Shown here in pieces: positions 38,420 through 52,600 of a stretch of 64,000 nucleotides of DNA. The notes under the pieces are model-generated. The model had not been told where the DNA came from. It worked only from the letters and a program-made list of their open reading frames with translations, and made no database searches. The stretch is from Octopus sinensis. Taxonomy: Eukaryota. Numbering within the stretch: the stretch's first letter is position 1; the number at the start of each line of letters is the position of its first letter. The translations under genes were made by a program, and so were the position numbers. The stretch lies in assembly GCF_006345805.1 (NCBI RefSeq), contig NC_043002.1:88350001-88414000 (forward strand). Reading direction: 5' to 3'.

Positions 38420-39750
38420 ATAAGCAAATGAATAATAACAGACGATGGATAAATGTCAGGTCATTACAGCTGTTTCTTACTCATTTTTTGTAATGAGTAC
38501 ATTACATCACTTCAAAAAACCGTAATCATCAGAGGAAACAATTTCAAAACAATAGGATATCCCAAGAAGACAGTGGGAACATGCCTGAAGCCAGCCAAAG
38601 CTGACCATGAAATTGGAGAAAACCAACAAAAATTGGCTGTTATGGGCATTAGTGGATGGGGTGAAAAGGTGCAATATGATATTTATGGTCAGTGACCGGG
38701 GCAGTGGTGGGGTAGAGGAAATAAATCAGAGTCAGCTAGACTGGTTTATTTCAGAGACTGGAGAAGATGTGTACGCAATTATGCAATTATAGTGTAATTT
38801 ATTATACTAGGCATAGGAAAATGAGCAGCAGGGAATGAATGGGAAAAAGAAAAGATAAATAAGAGTGGCTGTGTGGTAAGTAGCTTGCTTACCAACTACA
38901 TGGTTCCGGGTTCAGTCCCACTACGTGGCACCTTGGGCACGTGTCTTCTATTATAGCCTTGGGCCGACCAAAGCCTTGTGAGTGGATTTGGTAGGCAGAA
39001 ACTGAAAGAAGCCTGTCGTATATATGTGTATATATATATGTGTGTGTGTGTGTATATGTTTGTGTGTCTGTGTTTGTCCTCCCCCCCAACATCGCTTGAC
39101 AACCGATGCTGGTGTGTTTGCGTCCCCTTTACTTAACAGTTCGGCAAGAGAGACCGATAAAATAAGTACTAGGCATACAAAGAACAAGTTCTGGGGGCAA
39201 TTTGCTTGACTAAAGGCAGTGCTCCAGTATGGCCGCAGTCAAATGACTGGAACATATAAAAGAATAAAAGAATATGCATAAGAGAAGCCAACACCTATCT
39301 ACTGTAATACTGTAGGTGTCTCTACCCTCCTCTTTTTGAACTTTGATCTTTAGCAAGAGCTTGATACACCCCAGGCCTGCACTTAAGTGGCTTTTCTTAT
39401 GCATATATTCATTTATTTATTAATTTTTTCTTTCTTCCATTCATTCCCTGCTACCCACTTTGCAAAGCCTAGTATAATAAATTACACTATAATTGCCTAC
39501 ACATCTTCTCCAGTTTCTGAAATAAACCAGTCTAGCTAACTCCAGTTTACTACCTCTACCCACCCACCCACCCCATCTGATGATTACGTGGGTGGGGGTG
39601 GGGTTGTTTGAAGTGGTATACTCATCACTCATGAAGTTTTTTTGAAGAATGTATTCATTCTTCTATTAAAAAATGTGGAAGAAACAGTTGTAATGAGCTG
39701 ACATTTATCCATCGCCTTTTATTACTCATTCTCTTATAATACACCATAGG
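38420..39750. repeat. Diverged inverted pair (arms ~38420-38853 and ~39425-39750), each with CTGATGA...GAAACAGYTGTA, separated by a spacer containing a SINE
   Basis: For example AATTATAGTGTAATTTATTATACTAGGC versus GCCTAGTATAATAAATTACACTATAATT, and GATGGATAAATGTCAG versus CTGACATTTATCCATC. Confidence 0.8.
38862..39272 (+). mobile_element. SINE family A, full length
   Basis: GAGTGGCTGTGTGGTAAGTAG...GGTTCAGTCCC head, (TG)n middle, TAAAAGA tail. Confidence 0.9.
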
Positions 39751-40774
39751 GATTCACAACAATTCAGACACCCTGGAGTATACCAAACGATGTATGATCA
39801 GCACAACATGTACTTTGGATCAGCCCCTAGATGCTTAATACTCAAAGGGGTGGTTTTCTTTGTGTGCACAACCTGAATATCCTGAATATCCTAGTGGATA
39901 TTTAATTGACCAACCCTGCTTGGTGCATATTTTTTAAGTACCTGATTCTATCAAGAATCCTTATTATTATCTATTTATATGTACGTGCGTGTATGTGTGT
40001 GTATGTGTGTGTACACGCATGTGTGTGTGTTTGTGTGTTATGTAGGTAGAGTAAAATCCAAGTAGTGCCCCTTAAAATACATCTGCTTATTCTAGCATTA
40101 CAATTGAGCATGTAGTTGCTGCATTTATGCGAGGTACATATTACGTAGAATTGAAAATTCTGTAAATATTTATTTCTTTATTGCCCAAAGGTGGGTTAAA
40201 CATAGAGTGGACAAACAATGACAGATAAAGGTATTAAGTTGATTACATCGACCCCAGTGCTTAACTGGTACTTATTTAATCAACCCCGAAAGGATGAAAG
40301 GCAAAGTCGACCTTGGCAGAATTTGAACTCAGAATGTAACAGCAGACGAAATACCGCTAAGCACTTCACCTGGCATGCTAATGATTCTGCCAGCTCACCA
40401 TCCTAAAATTCTGTAAATATTGTTGGCAGAATTATCATATATCAAAACAGGAAATTGGAAAAATATTTGGTATTATTTATTCACCATTATACATGTTTTG
40501 TTTGCTAATTGAAATTATAAAGTTTGACATGATGGATAAATATTTTAAAAAATTCTTATTAGAAATTCTTTAAACAGAGAATCAAGTATTATTAGATTTG
40601 GTTAATAGTATTATTTGATTCTCTGTTTGAAGAATTAATAAGAAATTTCCGCATTTATATTCAAGATGTACAACTTTGTAACTCCCATTAGCAAGTAAAA
40701 CATGTGTAATGATGAATAGATAATACCAAAGAGTTCTCAATTTCCTATTTTGTACATTGTGGATTTTTCCGGCT

Positions 40775-41260
40775 CATCATCATCATCATCATCATCGTTT
40801 AATGTCCGCTTTCCATGCTAGCATGGGTTGGACATGTGACTGAGGGCTGGCGAGCCAGTTGGCTGCACCAGGCTTCAATCTTGATCTGGCAGAGTCTCTA
40901 CAGCTGGATGCCCTTCCTAACACCAACCACTCCGAGAGTGTAGTGGGGGCTTTTACATGCCACCAGCACGGGGCCAGTCAGGTGGCACTGGCAACGACCT
41001 TGCTCAAATCTTTTACACATGCCACCGGCGCGGGTGCCAGTAAGGCGATGCTGGTAACGATCACGCTCAAATGGTGTTTTTTACATGCCACCGGCACGGA
41101 AGCCAGATAGCCGCTCTGGCAACGATCATGCTCGGATGGTGCTCTTAATACCCTACTAGCACGGGGCTCGAGTACCAGTAGTGCAACACTGGTAACAATC
41201 ACGCTCGAAAGGTGCCTTTTAAGTGCCACTGGCACGGAAGCCAGTTAGCCGCTCTTGCAG
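40775..41260 (-). mobile_element. RTE 3' UTR fragment
   Basis: (CAT)n followed by the reverse complement of the shared 3' end. Further minus-strand copies at ~43425-43930, 46305-46770, 47040-47395, 49590-50045 and 51755-52100. Confidence 0.85.
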
Positions 41261-41554
41261 ACTCCTCAGTATACTGTGGATCTCTGCAGACAATACATGT
41301 TTATATTTTTTTAGATTTTAACTATTTCTGTGGTAAAATAAGCATTTTCATGTCTAAAAATTAATAAATTAATAAATAAAAATACAGTACAGTACTGCAT
41401 TGTATAAAAAATTAATTAAAATATACTAAAAGAAATGTACTGTAGAGGAGTAAACAAAGAATTGCACATACTGTATGGTAAACAAAACTTGGGAGACAAG
41501 TGTGTGGTGTTGTTTTGCATTTGTGTACAAAATTATGAATTTGTTTCAAGCCCT

Positions 41555-43410
41555 ACGATGTTGCCCAAATGTTCTGCAGTTTCTAAGGCTTTTGGCAGTG
41601 GGCACAAGCACCTGAGGAAGATGCTTACTATAGCAGAGAAGGTGAGATTCCTTGACATGCTTAAGGAAAAGAGAAGGTATGCGGATGTTGGCCACCATTA
41701 TGGCATCAATGAATGTACTGTTCACTACATCAAGAAGGACGAAAAATATAAGGGCGACAGCAAAAGTGACTTTTAATAAGACAGCAAAAATGGAGGTAAC
41801 TTTCTGCAATAAGGCCATCGTAGGGATGGAGTCTGCATTAGCCCTTTGGATCAGTAACTGCAGGGAAAAGAACATAGCACTGGATACCAACACCATCAGT
41901 GAGAAGGCGAGGCAGCTGTAAGGCAAAGTGTACGGATGGCAGTGACGATGACCCAGACAACCCTGAACCAGGACTGTCTATGGCGTCTCCCACCAAACCA
42001 ACTGAATATAATGCCAGCAAGGGCTGGTTTGATAAAATTTCAAAGGAGGTTCAACCTTAAGAGTGTGTCCCTGCAAGGAGAAGCTGCCTCTGCTGACAAA
42101 CCCGCAGCTGAGGAGTACATGAACAAGACGATCAAGACTATCATCAAGGAAGGGCGATATTTGTGTCAACAAGTTTTCAATATGGATGAAACTGGCCTCT
42201 TTTGGAAATGGATGCCATCACAGACTTTCATTATGAAGGAGGAGGCTAAAGCCCCTGGATTTAAGGCATACAAAGATCACATCACAATTATAATGTGTGG
42301 AAATGCTGCGGGCTTTATGATAAAGCCAGGGCTTATTATAAGACCAAAAAGCCAAGGGTCCTCAAAAACAAAAATAAGAACCTGCTGCCAGTGCATTGGA
42401 GGCACAACAAGAAGGTTCTAGACATCTCCAAAGTCAAGGTTTATCTCACTGAAAAACGATTGGAATTCAAAGTGCTTCTCCAAATGAACAATGCTGGAGG
42501 TCATGTGCTCGACCTGTTGTATGAGGCCATATAAATCAAATTCTTACAGCCAAACACCACATCACATATGCAGCCCATGGATCAAGGCATTATTTGTGCT
42601 TTTCAGGTGCTCTATATGTAAAAATTCCTTGCAACACCTGATCAAAGCTATGGACTCAGATGATAAGTTTTTGCTGAAGGAGTACTAGCATAGGTATACC
42701 ATTGCAACATGTCTCCAAAATATTCAGAATACCATAAAGGAGATGAAGAATGAAACTTTGAATACCAGCTGGAAGAAATTGTGGCGAGAAGCAGTCCACA
42801 ACTATAAAAGAGTCTCTCCTGACAAAATCCACCACGTTGTAGTAGATAAGGCAGCAAAGCTGGCAAAATTGCTAGGAGATGGTTTTGCTGATATGACTAC
42901 TGAGGGTGTTAATAACATGATTGAGGCCCACCAAGATTCATTTATGGATGAAGATCTGACGAAGATGACGAAATCAGCAAGTGAGAAAGATGAAGAACAA
43001 AAGGATCCAGGGGAAGAAGAAGTTGGCTTATCACTAGAATGCCTCTCGACTCTAGCAAAAAACGGCAAAAGAACTTCAAAGAATGGCACCCTCAGATGAT
43101 TCATGAGTTGCTGTTCAGAAATGCAATTGATGGAGCCATGGAAGTTTATAAAAAACTACCTTACACAGAAGAAAAGGCAGTACCAGTAACTGCCCATCAC
43201 TATGTTCCTCATCCACAAAAAAAGAGAAGGCAAGGTCACTCCTAAGAGCGTGGGGAGAGTTTATAAAAGCTTAAATATATAAAAAAAGATAAAATAAATA
43301 TAAACAAAAATAATTTTAAAAATTATACAGTACAGTACTCTTTCTACTTCACAGATTTTCACCTATCCGGGGTTTTTTGGAATGTAACACCCACAATAGT
43401 TGAGGGATTA
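41555..43410 (+). pseudogene. Tigger/pogo-family transposase relic (CENP-B-type HTH plus DDE_1 domain)
   Basis: RKMLTIAEKV, ASKGW...FQRRF, QVFNMDETGLFWK.MP, PGFKA.KD...CGNAAG, LLQMNNAGGH and PNTTS..QPMDQGII, with many stops and frameshifts. Confidence 0.92.
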
Positions 43411-44518
43411 GTGTGTGTGTATATATCATCATCATCATCATCATCATCATCATCGTTTAACATCCGTTCTCCATGCTAGCATAGGTTGGACGGTTCAACC
43501 GGGGATCTGGGAAGCCAGAAGGCTGCCCCAGGCTCAGGTCTTATCTGGCAATGTTTCTACAGCTGGATGCCCTTCCTAACGCCAACCACTCTGTGAGTGT
43601 AGTGGGTGCTTTTTACGTGCCACCTGCACTGGAGCCAGGCAAGGCTGGCATTGGCCACGGTCGGATTGGTGCATTTTACGTGCCACCTGCACGGAACCAG
43701 TCAAGGCGGCACTGGCTTCGGCCACGATTCGGATGGTGCTTTTTACGTGCCACCGACACGGAAGCCAGTCAAGGCGGCACTGGCATCGGCCACGATTCAG
43801 ATAGTGCTTTTTACGTATCTCCAGTCCAGGGGTCCTGGCATCTGCCAGGTGCCAGTCATAGGATTGGTTCAATTTCGATTCCGATTTCGATTTCGATTTC
43901 ACTTGCCCCAACAGGTCTTCGCAAGCAAAAGGAGGTAGGCATAGATATATATATATAATTATTATTGAGTGAGAGAGCAGTGCATGCCATCAAAGTGATA
44001 CTGGGGTAAAATATACGAAGCCCAGTATACCCATCATGACTACCCATCTAAGGGTACACCAGGCACATGCATCACAACCATATGTGCACGACATGGTGAT
44101 CTCATATCAAGATAAACAGCACATGTCCTTGCAGGTGGGGCCCAGTTAGAACTTTCTTCTGGTCGAGTAGCCCATCCTGCTCAAAAGGCCCCTGAATAAG
44201 GATTGTTTAAGGATGTTGAACAAAACATCCATGTTTCTAAAGGTGAATTATTCAAACCTCTAAGAACTCCTTTCAACACATGGCTATGATGCTCCCCCAC
44301 TACTTCTGCTCATGATCAGAGATGCACATATCGTCAGCCACTAAGGGACATGGTCAACTGGTTATGGTCAAACAACTGACAAGCAAATCTGTGGTACTGA
44401 GCAGAATATTTGCTGTAGTCCATCTTTTATACCAAGACGAAACAATGTACATGACAACATTTCCAATCAGTTAAGATCAGAAGCCATGAGAGCCACTGCC
44501 TGGTATTGCATCATATGA

Positions 44519-44562
<44 letters not shown>

Positions 44563-44635
44563 AATAATAATAATAATAACAACAACAGGAACAGTATCAA
44601 TACCAAAAGGTAATCTTGATCTCCAACTTAATGTG

Positions 44636-44892
44636 GAGGTTGTGTTAGAACACAGAATATGGCATTATATACTTTGAGAAGATCTCTTGTAAGGACTTGT
44701 GGCACATAAAAGCACTCATGTATTGTTAATAGATGAGAATCATCTGCTATGGCTGCCAGAACAGTCAGATCACCTGATTTCACCCTGTTATGAGTTCCTC
44801 AGTCACAGATGTCCAGCAGTGCTATAACAGCCAAATTTCCTGTCAAAAATGTATAGAATCTCAGTGTTTATTCTGTATTCTAACACAACCTT
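44636..44892. mobile_element. Small TIR element (MITE)
   Basis: AGGTTGTGTTAGAACACAGAATA ... TATTCTGTATTCTAACACAACCT (23-bp inverted repeat, one mismatch). Confidence 0.7.
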
Positions 44893-45287
44893 TGCGTTAC
44901 TGCTTCTGTCGTTATTAATTATTTGTCAATAAGCACACTGGCTATTTGTGGCACCAGTGCCTGAATAGATGCAGAGATTCTATATATTGTTGACAGGAGA
45001 CTTGTCTGTTATGGCATTGCTGAACATCTGTCATCTTCTCAGTCAAATTCGTTTCTTATTTTCATTTCTCAAGTTGATTTGACATTTCACATTGACTAAA
45101 ATTAGCTAAAAATTCAAGTCAGCACAGTTCAAGCAACCCATCTCTGTGAACCCACCAACAGCCATAAAAAAGCTCATCTTGCTGAATTAAAGCAGAGAGG
45201 GAAGCCAGCTACCTTAGCTACTGTTTATTTCATTCTCATACATTCTCATGAATTTATATAAACACATATTCTACATGTAAAACATAT

Positions 45288-45678
45288 ACTCTTTCTCTTT
45301 TACTCTTTTATTTGTTTCAGTCATTTGACTGCGGCCATGCTGGAGCACCGCCTTTAGTCGAGCAAATCGACCCCGGGACTTATTCTTTGTAAGCCCAGTA
45401 CTTATTCTATCGGTCTCTTTTGCCGAACCGCTAAGTGACGGGGATGTAAACACACCAGCATCGGTTGTCAAGCAATGCTAGGGGGACAAACACAGACACA
45501 CAAACACACACACATACACATATATATATATACATATATACGACAGGCTTCTTTCAGTTTCCGTCTACCAAATCCACTCACAAGGCATTGGTCGGCCCGG
45601 GGCTATAGCAGAAGACACTTGCCCAAGGTGCCACGCAGTGGGACTGAACCCGGAACCATGTGGTTGGTTAGCAAGCTA
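45288..45678 (-). mobile_element. SINE family A
   Basis: CpG-rich, young-looking copy lacking the first part of the head. Confidence 0.9.
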
Positions 45679-45851
45679 ATGCACAGTTTTTAATCAACTG
45701 GCTGTAAACCTACTTTTTATTTAATATTGTAAGTCAATCGGGAATAATAGTTTGATAGTGCTGTTTGATCAGTTTGTTCTGTACATAAATTACAGGAATA
45801 CATTATTATGATGTCTATGGTTCCAGTATTTAGCTCAAATTCTCCACAAAT

Positions 45852-46248
45852 AGGCGCAGGAGTGGCTGTGTGGTAAGTAGCTTGCTTACTAACCAACCAC
45901 AAGGTTCTGGGTTCAGTCCCACTGCGTGGCACCATGGACAAGTGTCTTCAACTATAGTCTCGGGCCAACCAAAGTCTTGTGAGTGGATTTGGCAGACGGA
46001 AACTGAAAGAAGCCTGTCATGTATATGTATACATGTATGTGTTTGTGTCTGTGTTTGTCCCCCCAATATCGCTTGACGACTAATGCTGGTGTGTTTACGT
46101 CTCCGTAACTTAGCGGTTTGGCAAAAAAAGACTGATAGAATAAGTACTAGGCTTACAAAGAATAAGTCCTGGGGTCGATTTGCTCAACTAAAGGCGGTGC
46201 TCCAGCATGGCTGCAGTCAAATGACTGAAACAAGTAAAAGAATAAATA
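45852..46248 (+). mobile_element. SINE family A, full length
   Basis: GGCGCAGGAGTGGCTGTGTGGTAAGTAG head through CAAGTAAAAGA tail. Confidence 0.9.
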
Positions 46249-47534
46249 AATGGGATTATTTTATTTAAATTTGATTATTACTTAAAAGCAGCCACACACA
46301 AACATCATCATCATCATCCTCCTCCTCCTCATCATCATCATTTAGCATCTGCTTTCCATGCTGGCATGAGTTAAATGATTTGACAGAAACTGGTAAGCTG
46401 GAGAGCTGCACCAAGTTCCAATCTTATTTGACATGGTTTCTGTGGCTGGATGCAATTTCTAACACTAGTCACTCCAAGAGTGTAATGGAAGCTTGTTACA
46501 TGTCACTGGCATGGGTGCCAGTTGCATAACACTGGTATCGGCCACAATTATGATTGCAAATGGCTTCATGTATCTTCTCAGGCATGGCATATCATAAAAG
46601 GTCTCATTCGCTTATCACCTTTGTGAAGCCCAATGTTTGCAAAATGTTTTTTTATGTGCTACCAGCATGAGTGCCTTGGTTCGATGGGTCTTCTCAAGCA
46701 TGGCACATTGCCAAAGGTCTCGGTCACTTGTCATTGCCTTTGTGAGTCCCATTATTCAAAGATCATGCTTCACCATGCTTCAATATTTTCAAAGATGGAA
46801 ACAATAAGTAACATGCAGGTTATGTACAGGTTAAAGGCTGAAGCTAAAGTATTATAATCATAAAGGGAAATGGGTTATCAACTACCATGGTTTATATGTG
46901 GATCTCCTAAACTCTATAATCTAGATGATGCAAAATCATGTAAGATTAAAACCACAGCTCCCATTCACAAGCAAGTATTTCTTGGTAAAATGTACCATGC
47001 TTTTGCTAATTGCTTTTAGATGCCTATATATTGTTGATAGGATTGGACAGTTTTGATTGAGGGCTGGCAACCAGATGGCTGCACCAGGCTCCAGTCTTGA
47101 TCTGGCAGAGTTTCTACAGTTGGATGCCCTTCCTAATGCCAACCACTCCAAGAGTGTAGTGGGTGCTTTTTACGTGCCACCTGCATGGGGGCCAGTCATG
47201 CGGTACTGGCAATGACCTCTCTTGAATCTTTTTACACGTGCCACCGACACAGGTGCCAGTGAAGCGACATTGGTATGATCACGCTCGAATGGTGCCCTTT
47301 TACGTGCCACGGGTACGGAAGCCAGTTGGCTGCTCTGACAACGATCACAACGATCACGCTCGGATGGTGTTCATGGCACCCTACTAGCACAGTCAGAAGT
47401 AAACATAGACACCCTCTTGACCCGGTAGATCATGATAGACATGGTAGCTGGATGGAGAGGGGGATGCATCAATTCTTGGCTGGTACTTTTTGCAGCTAAG
47501 TAGAGTGGAGCAAAGATAAAGCGAAGTACCTTGA

Positions 47535-48440
47535 TTCATCATCATCATCATCATCATTTAGCGTCCGTTTTCCATGCTAGCATGGGTTGGACGGTTCTAC
47601 TGGGGTCTGTGAAGCCAGAAGGCTTCATCAGGCCCAGTCAAATCTGGCAGTGTTTCTACGGCTGGATGCCCTCCTAACGCCAACCACTCCGTGAGTGTAG
47701 TGGGTGCTTTTTACGTGCCACCCGCACTGGTGCCAGACAGAGCTGGCAACGGCCATGAACGGATGGTGCTTTTTTTGCCACGGCACGAGGGCCAGGCGAG
47801 GCTGGCAACGGCCACGAAACGGGGCGGTGCTGGCAACGGTCGCGAAACGGAAAGTTCTCTTACATGCCACCGGCACTGGTAACACATCTGCAATTTCCAT
47901 GATCGATTTCCATTGATCGATTTCGATTCTGATCCTCACTTGCCTCAATGGGTCTTCACAAGCAGAGTTTCGACATGCCACCGGCACTGGTAGCACATCC
48001 GCAATTTCCATTGATCGATTTCGATTCTGATCCTCACTAGCCTCAACACGTCTTCACAAGTAGAGTTTTGTGTCCCAAGAAGGGAAGGTATGCATACGTA
48101 GGCTGCTCCATCCCATGTAGAAGGCCACGGGTTGTGGACTCACTTGTCCTGCCGGGTCTTCTCGCGCACAGCACACTTCCAGAGGTCTCGGTCTCTAGTC
48201 ATTTCCTCAGTGAGACCTAAAGTTCGAAGGTCGTGCTTCACCACCTCGTCCCAGGTTTTCCTGGGTCTGCCTCTTCCACAGGTTCCCTCAACCGCTAGGG
48301 TGTGGCACTTTTTCACACAACTATCTTCATCCATTCTCGCCACATGACCATACCAGTGCAAACGTCTCTCTTGCACACCACAACTGATGCTTCTTAGGTC
48401 CAGCTTTTCTCTCAAGGTACTTACACTCTGCCGAGTGTGA
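47535..48440 (-). mobile_element. RTE-clade LINE 3' fragment (ORF end plus 3' UTR)
   Basis: ORF 48140-48472 contains RRLHWYGHVARM...GRGRPRKTWDEVVKHDL...RDRDLWK; (GAT)n tail. Confidence 0.92.
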
Positions 48441-50341
48441 GTACCAAAGATACAATATGTGGATCGGTCCAAGAGTTAGTCAAATAGTTGTGAGCCCAAT
48501 ACACAAAACACAAGATAAAGCACCTTCACATACACACACACACACACACAATATGCACATGTACAAATACATCATATAATCATTGCATGTCATATGAAAT
48601 ATCTCCGCACTGTTCCTATTCTCAAAATGTTTAACATCACATTTGCTGTTGCACAACAACTATTTATTCTTATGTACATTGTTTGGTATTGACTTTGAAC
48701 ACCAACCACCACCACCACCACTACCAATATCTCTGCTACCACCACACAGTTTGTAATTAAAACCAGATCATAGATCAATGAGTGAAATATTTAGAAACAC
48801 TACTTTGAAGCTGGGTGCTGGAGTATCTTCCTGTTTCCTTCCTTAGAATCAAAGAGAAACTAGAACTCAGTAAAGGAAGCTAACAAAATAACAAGGAAAA
48901 TACATGAGAATGGCAGCAATAGAGTTACTAGAGCTGCTAGAACTAATAGCCAAATCTTCTTCAGAATGCATCCTACAACTTTCAAAACAGAATACATTGG
49001 ATAATGCGATCCTAGGCATACAGTACCAAAAAAAACAAAGATAGGATTGCAATGACTGAATTACCTTTAACTACAAGACTATAAAATACTCATTAAGTAA
49101 ACAGAGCCAGGTATTCTTTATAGAACTAAGCTATACTTAATATACGTTTTGGTGCACTAATTCAGCAAGAGTTAAAGCAAAGAACATTGTAGAACCATCC
49201 TAGAAATGAATATGAATGATGGACTCTTGGTTAGTAGTCTGACATTCTGTTGCTACCTCTATATCACAAAACTTCACCAAACAAACAAGCGTCTGCATTA
49301 GTGTTTCTTAACACTTTTTTTGTAGCACCCTTTTTAAATAGATATTATGCCTAGTACCCACCTAAATGGTGAGTGAGGTATTACTAACTTAACATAGATG
49401 ATGATTTATAAACTTTACTCAAAAAACGTACAAGCTTTTGAGACTGAAATGCTAAAAAAAATTAATAAAGACAAAAGTTGTAAATTTACTTTATGCATTT
49501 CAAGTTAATGACTTCCTTGTGGCTGATATGATCTAAGATTGCAAATTTATTTCATTGCTTAGTCAGGAATCATGAGAATGCACTGAATCATCATCATCAT
49601 CATCATCATTTAACGTCCGTTTTCCATGCTAGCACGGGTTGGACAGTTTTGACTGAGGGCTGGCAACCAGATGGCTGCACCAGGCTCCAGTCTTGATCTG
49701 GCAGAGTTTCTACAGCTGGATGCCCTTCCTAATGCCAACTACTCCGAGAGTGTAGTGGGTGCTTTTTACGTGCCACCTGCACGGGGGCCAGTCAGGCGGT
49801 ACTGGCAATGACCTCGCTCGAATCTTTTTACACGTGCCACCGACACAGGTGCCAGTGAAGCGACATTGGTAACGATCACGCTCGAATGGTGCCCTTTTAT
49901 GTGCCACGGGTACGGAAGCCAGTTGGCTGCTCTGACAACGATCACAACGATCACGCTCGGATGGTGTTCTTGGCACCCTACTAGCACAAGCATAATTGCC
50001 AGTAAGGCAACACTGGTAACGATCATACTCGAATAGCCACTCTGTCATTGATCACACGCATTTAAATAATCCTTTAAATAATATGATTACGACTATAAAG
50101 TGGTGAGATGGCAGAAATGTTAGCACGCCAGGCAAAATGTTTAGCAGTATTTCGTCTATCTTTATCTTCTGATTTCAAATTCTGCCAAGGTCGATTTTGC
50201 CTTTCATCCTTTCAGGGTTGATAAATTAAGTACCAGTTGCATACTGGTGTCAATCTAATTGACTAGCCCCCTCCCCCAAAATTTCAGGCCTTGTGCCTAG
50301 GGTAGAAAAGAATATAATTACTACTATGGGTAAAATTTAAT

Positions 50342-50551
50342 ATTCTTTTATTTGTTTCAGACTGTGGCCATGCTGAAACACTGCCTTTAGTCGAGCAAAT
50401 TGATCACAGGACTTATTCTTTGGAAGCCTAGTACTTATACTTTCAGTCTCTTTTGTTGAACTGCTAAGTTACGGGGATGTAAACACACCAGCATTGGTTG
50501 TCAAGTGATGTTGGGGGTACAAACACAAACACATAACACACACACACACAC

Positions 50552-50594
<43 letters not shown>

Positions 50595-50798
50595 CACACA
50601 CACACACACACACACACCACACACACACACACACATATATGCGATGGGCTTCTTTCAGTTTCCGTCTACCAAATCCACTCACAAGGTTTTGGTTGGCCCG
50701 AGGCTATAGTAGAAGACATTTGGCTAAGGTGCCATGCAGTGAGACTGAACCTGGAACCATGTGGTTGGTAAGCAAACTACTTATCACACAGCCACTCC
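50342..50798 (-). mobile_element. SINE family A with expanded internal (CA)n
   Basis: Same head and body as the other family A copies. Confidence 0.85.
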
Positions 50799-52261
50799 AC
50801 CACCTATATGTTAATTTTGTTACTTCACCACCCCAATCACTGTCCCCCCTTTAAGCCTAGCACTCCCTTATATGTGTCCAATGTCCTTTTGGGGTGGTGC
50901 TACCCATGTTGAAAACCTCCGCTCAACATGATCACTCAACTTGCTGGAAATAGCTGCCGAACCTCTTTCAAATCAATCGCTACCACTTGTAAGAAAAAAG
51001 CAGAACATTGAATATTGTGTATTCTGAAATTATGAAATATGCTACATCTGAAAAGATGGAATAGTCATAATTGGAACGTCTTTGTTCATAGGACTGCCAA
51101 ATCAGGGCTGAGCTGGAAATGAACAAATACTGTCCTCAAGAAGAATTATTTTTAGAAATCTTTATCTAATTCCTATTTGGTTCATTTGTTTGTCATGGTA
51201 GATCTTTGAAAAGCAAACAAAGAAATTTTTTGTCTTATCAACAGAGTACAATGTTTGGGTTGCTACATGATTTTATAACCTCTAAACCAAGTGGCTGTCA
51301 CTTGACCCACATGGTATTACATAGCAATGCAATTTGAGATTATAATCTTTACATTACAGAAATATCATTTCAGACTGTTGTTGACTTTACTCTATGTGCA
51401 TTAAAACATGGCTGAAACTTATCTCTGAGCTTCTTTTATCTTTGACATCAAATGAATGAATAATAGATGTAATATACGCATATGAAATATCTTCCTTCTT
51501 TTACTGAAGCATACACATCTACTGCCACATACATGCATTGGCATACATATGTGTGTGTAAGTGCTTTCATATAAACATATGCAAACACACACACACACAT
51601 ACACACATATGTGTGCACACATAGATATGTATATCTCTTTTACTAAACCCTTATAACTGACCAATGCTTGTAAGCAAATTTGGTAACCAGAAACTGTGTG
51701 GAAGCTCATCTTATGGCTGTATGGTTGAGAAGTTCATTTTCCAATACATACATACATACATCATCATCATCATTATCATCATTGTTTAACGTCCATCTTC
51801 TATGCTGGCATAGGTGGGGCAGTTTGCCAAGAGCTAGCCAGGCAGAAACTTGCACCAGACTTCTATAACGGTTTTGGCAGGATTTTTACTGCTAGGTGCC
51901 CTTCCTAACATCAACCACTCAGCAGAGTGGACTTAGTGCTTTTTACCTACAACAAGCACAAGTGAGGTCAGATTTGGCAAGGTTTTTACAGCTGGACGCC
52001 CTTCCAAACATCAACAACTTTACAGTGCAGGTTGGATGCTTTTTAAGTGGCACCTGCACTGACAGGGTCACCAAGTAACTTGCAAGACAAAAATTATTTG
52101 CGAGGAGAGGAGGCATCGGAGGAGGTAATCTTGTGTCAAATGATGAAAGGCTGTAGTGAGACAGAGAGACAGGTGTCTAGCCGTAGAGGAGGTATATGGT
52201 TACCCAGCTAGGGAGAGAGAGGGAGAGAAAGAGAGAGAAAGAAAGAGAGAGAAAAGAGAGA

Positions 52262-52600
52262 GCATTTCTTTATTCACCATAAGGTTGAGAAAAAGAATGG
52301 ACGATATGAGGACAGACAAAACAAACATTGGGTATCGAATAAACAAACAATTAAAATATATACAATTAAATGAGAATGAGTGATTAACAAAAAATGAAGC
52401 GGAGGACGCGGTTGACCCCACAAACCACATACTCACACTGAAGACTTTGCTTTCTCCTTTTTTACATTCTCGATTAAACAGTTTCTTTCACTCGCAACAT
52501 ACTTGCTATAGACTTTCATCTTTTACGAAGCACACTTTGCGACAGGCATTTCTTCTCCAGCCTTATTTTCCGTTTCATGTGGAAAAAGTCGATTAGCTCA
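52262..52600 (-). mobile_element. Possible L1/Tx1-type 3' end
   Basis: Minus strand LIDFF..MKRKIRLEKKCL....KR* followed by a T-rich UTR ending AATAAAGAAAT next to a GA-rich tract. Resemblance only. Confidence 0.35.

Noticed and set aside
48850-49340. Very old hAT-like transposase remnant
   Set aside because: Only a vague resemblance; I could not recover a convincing motif or paired termini.
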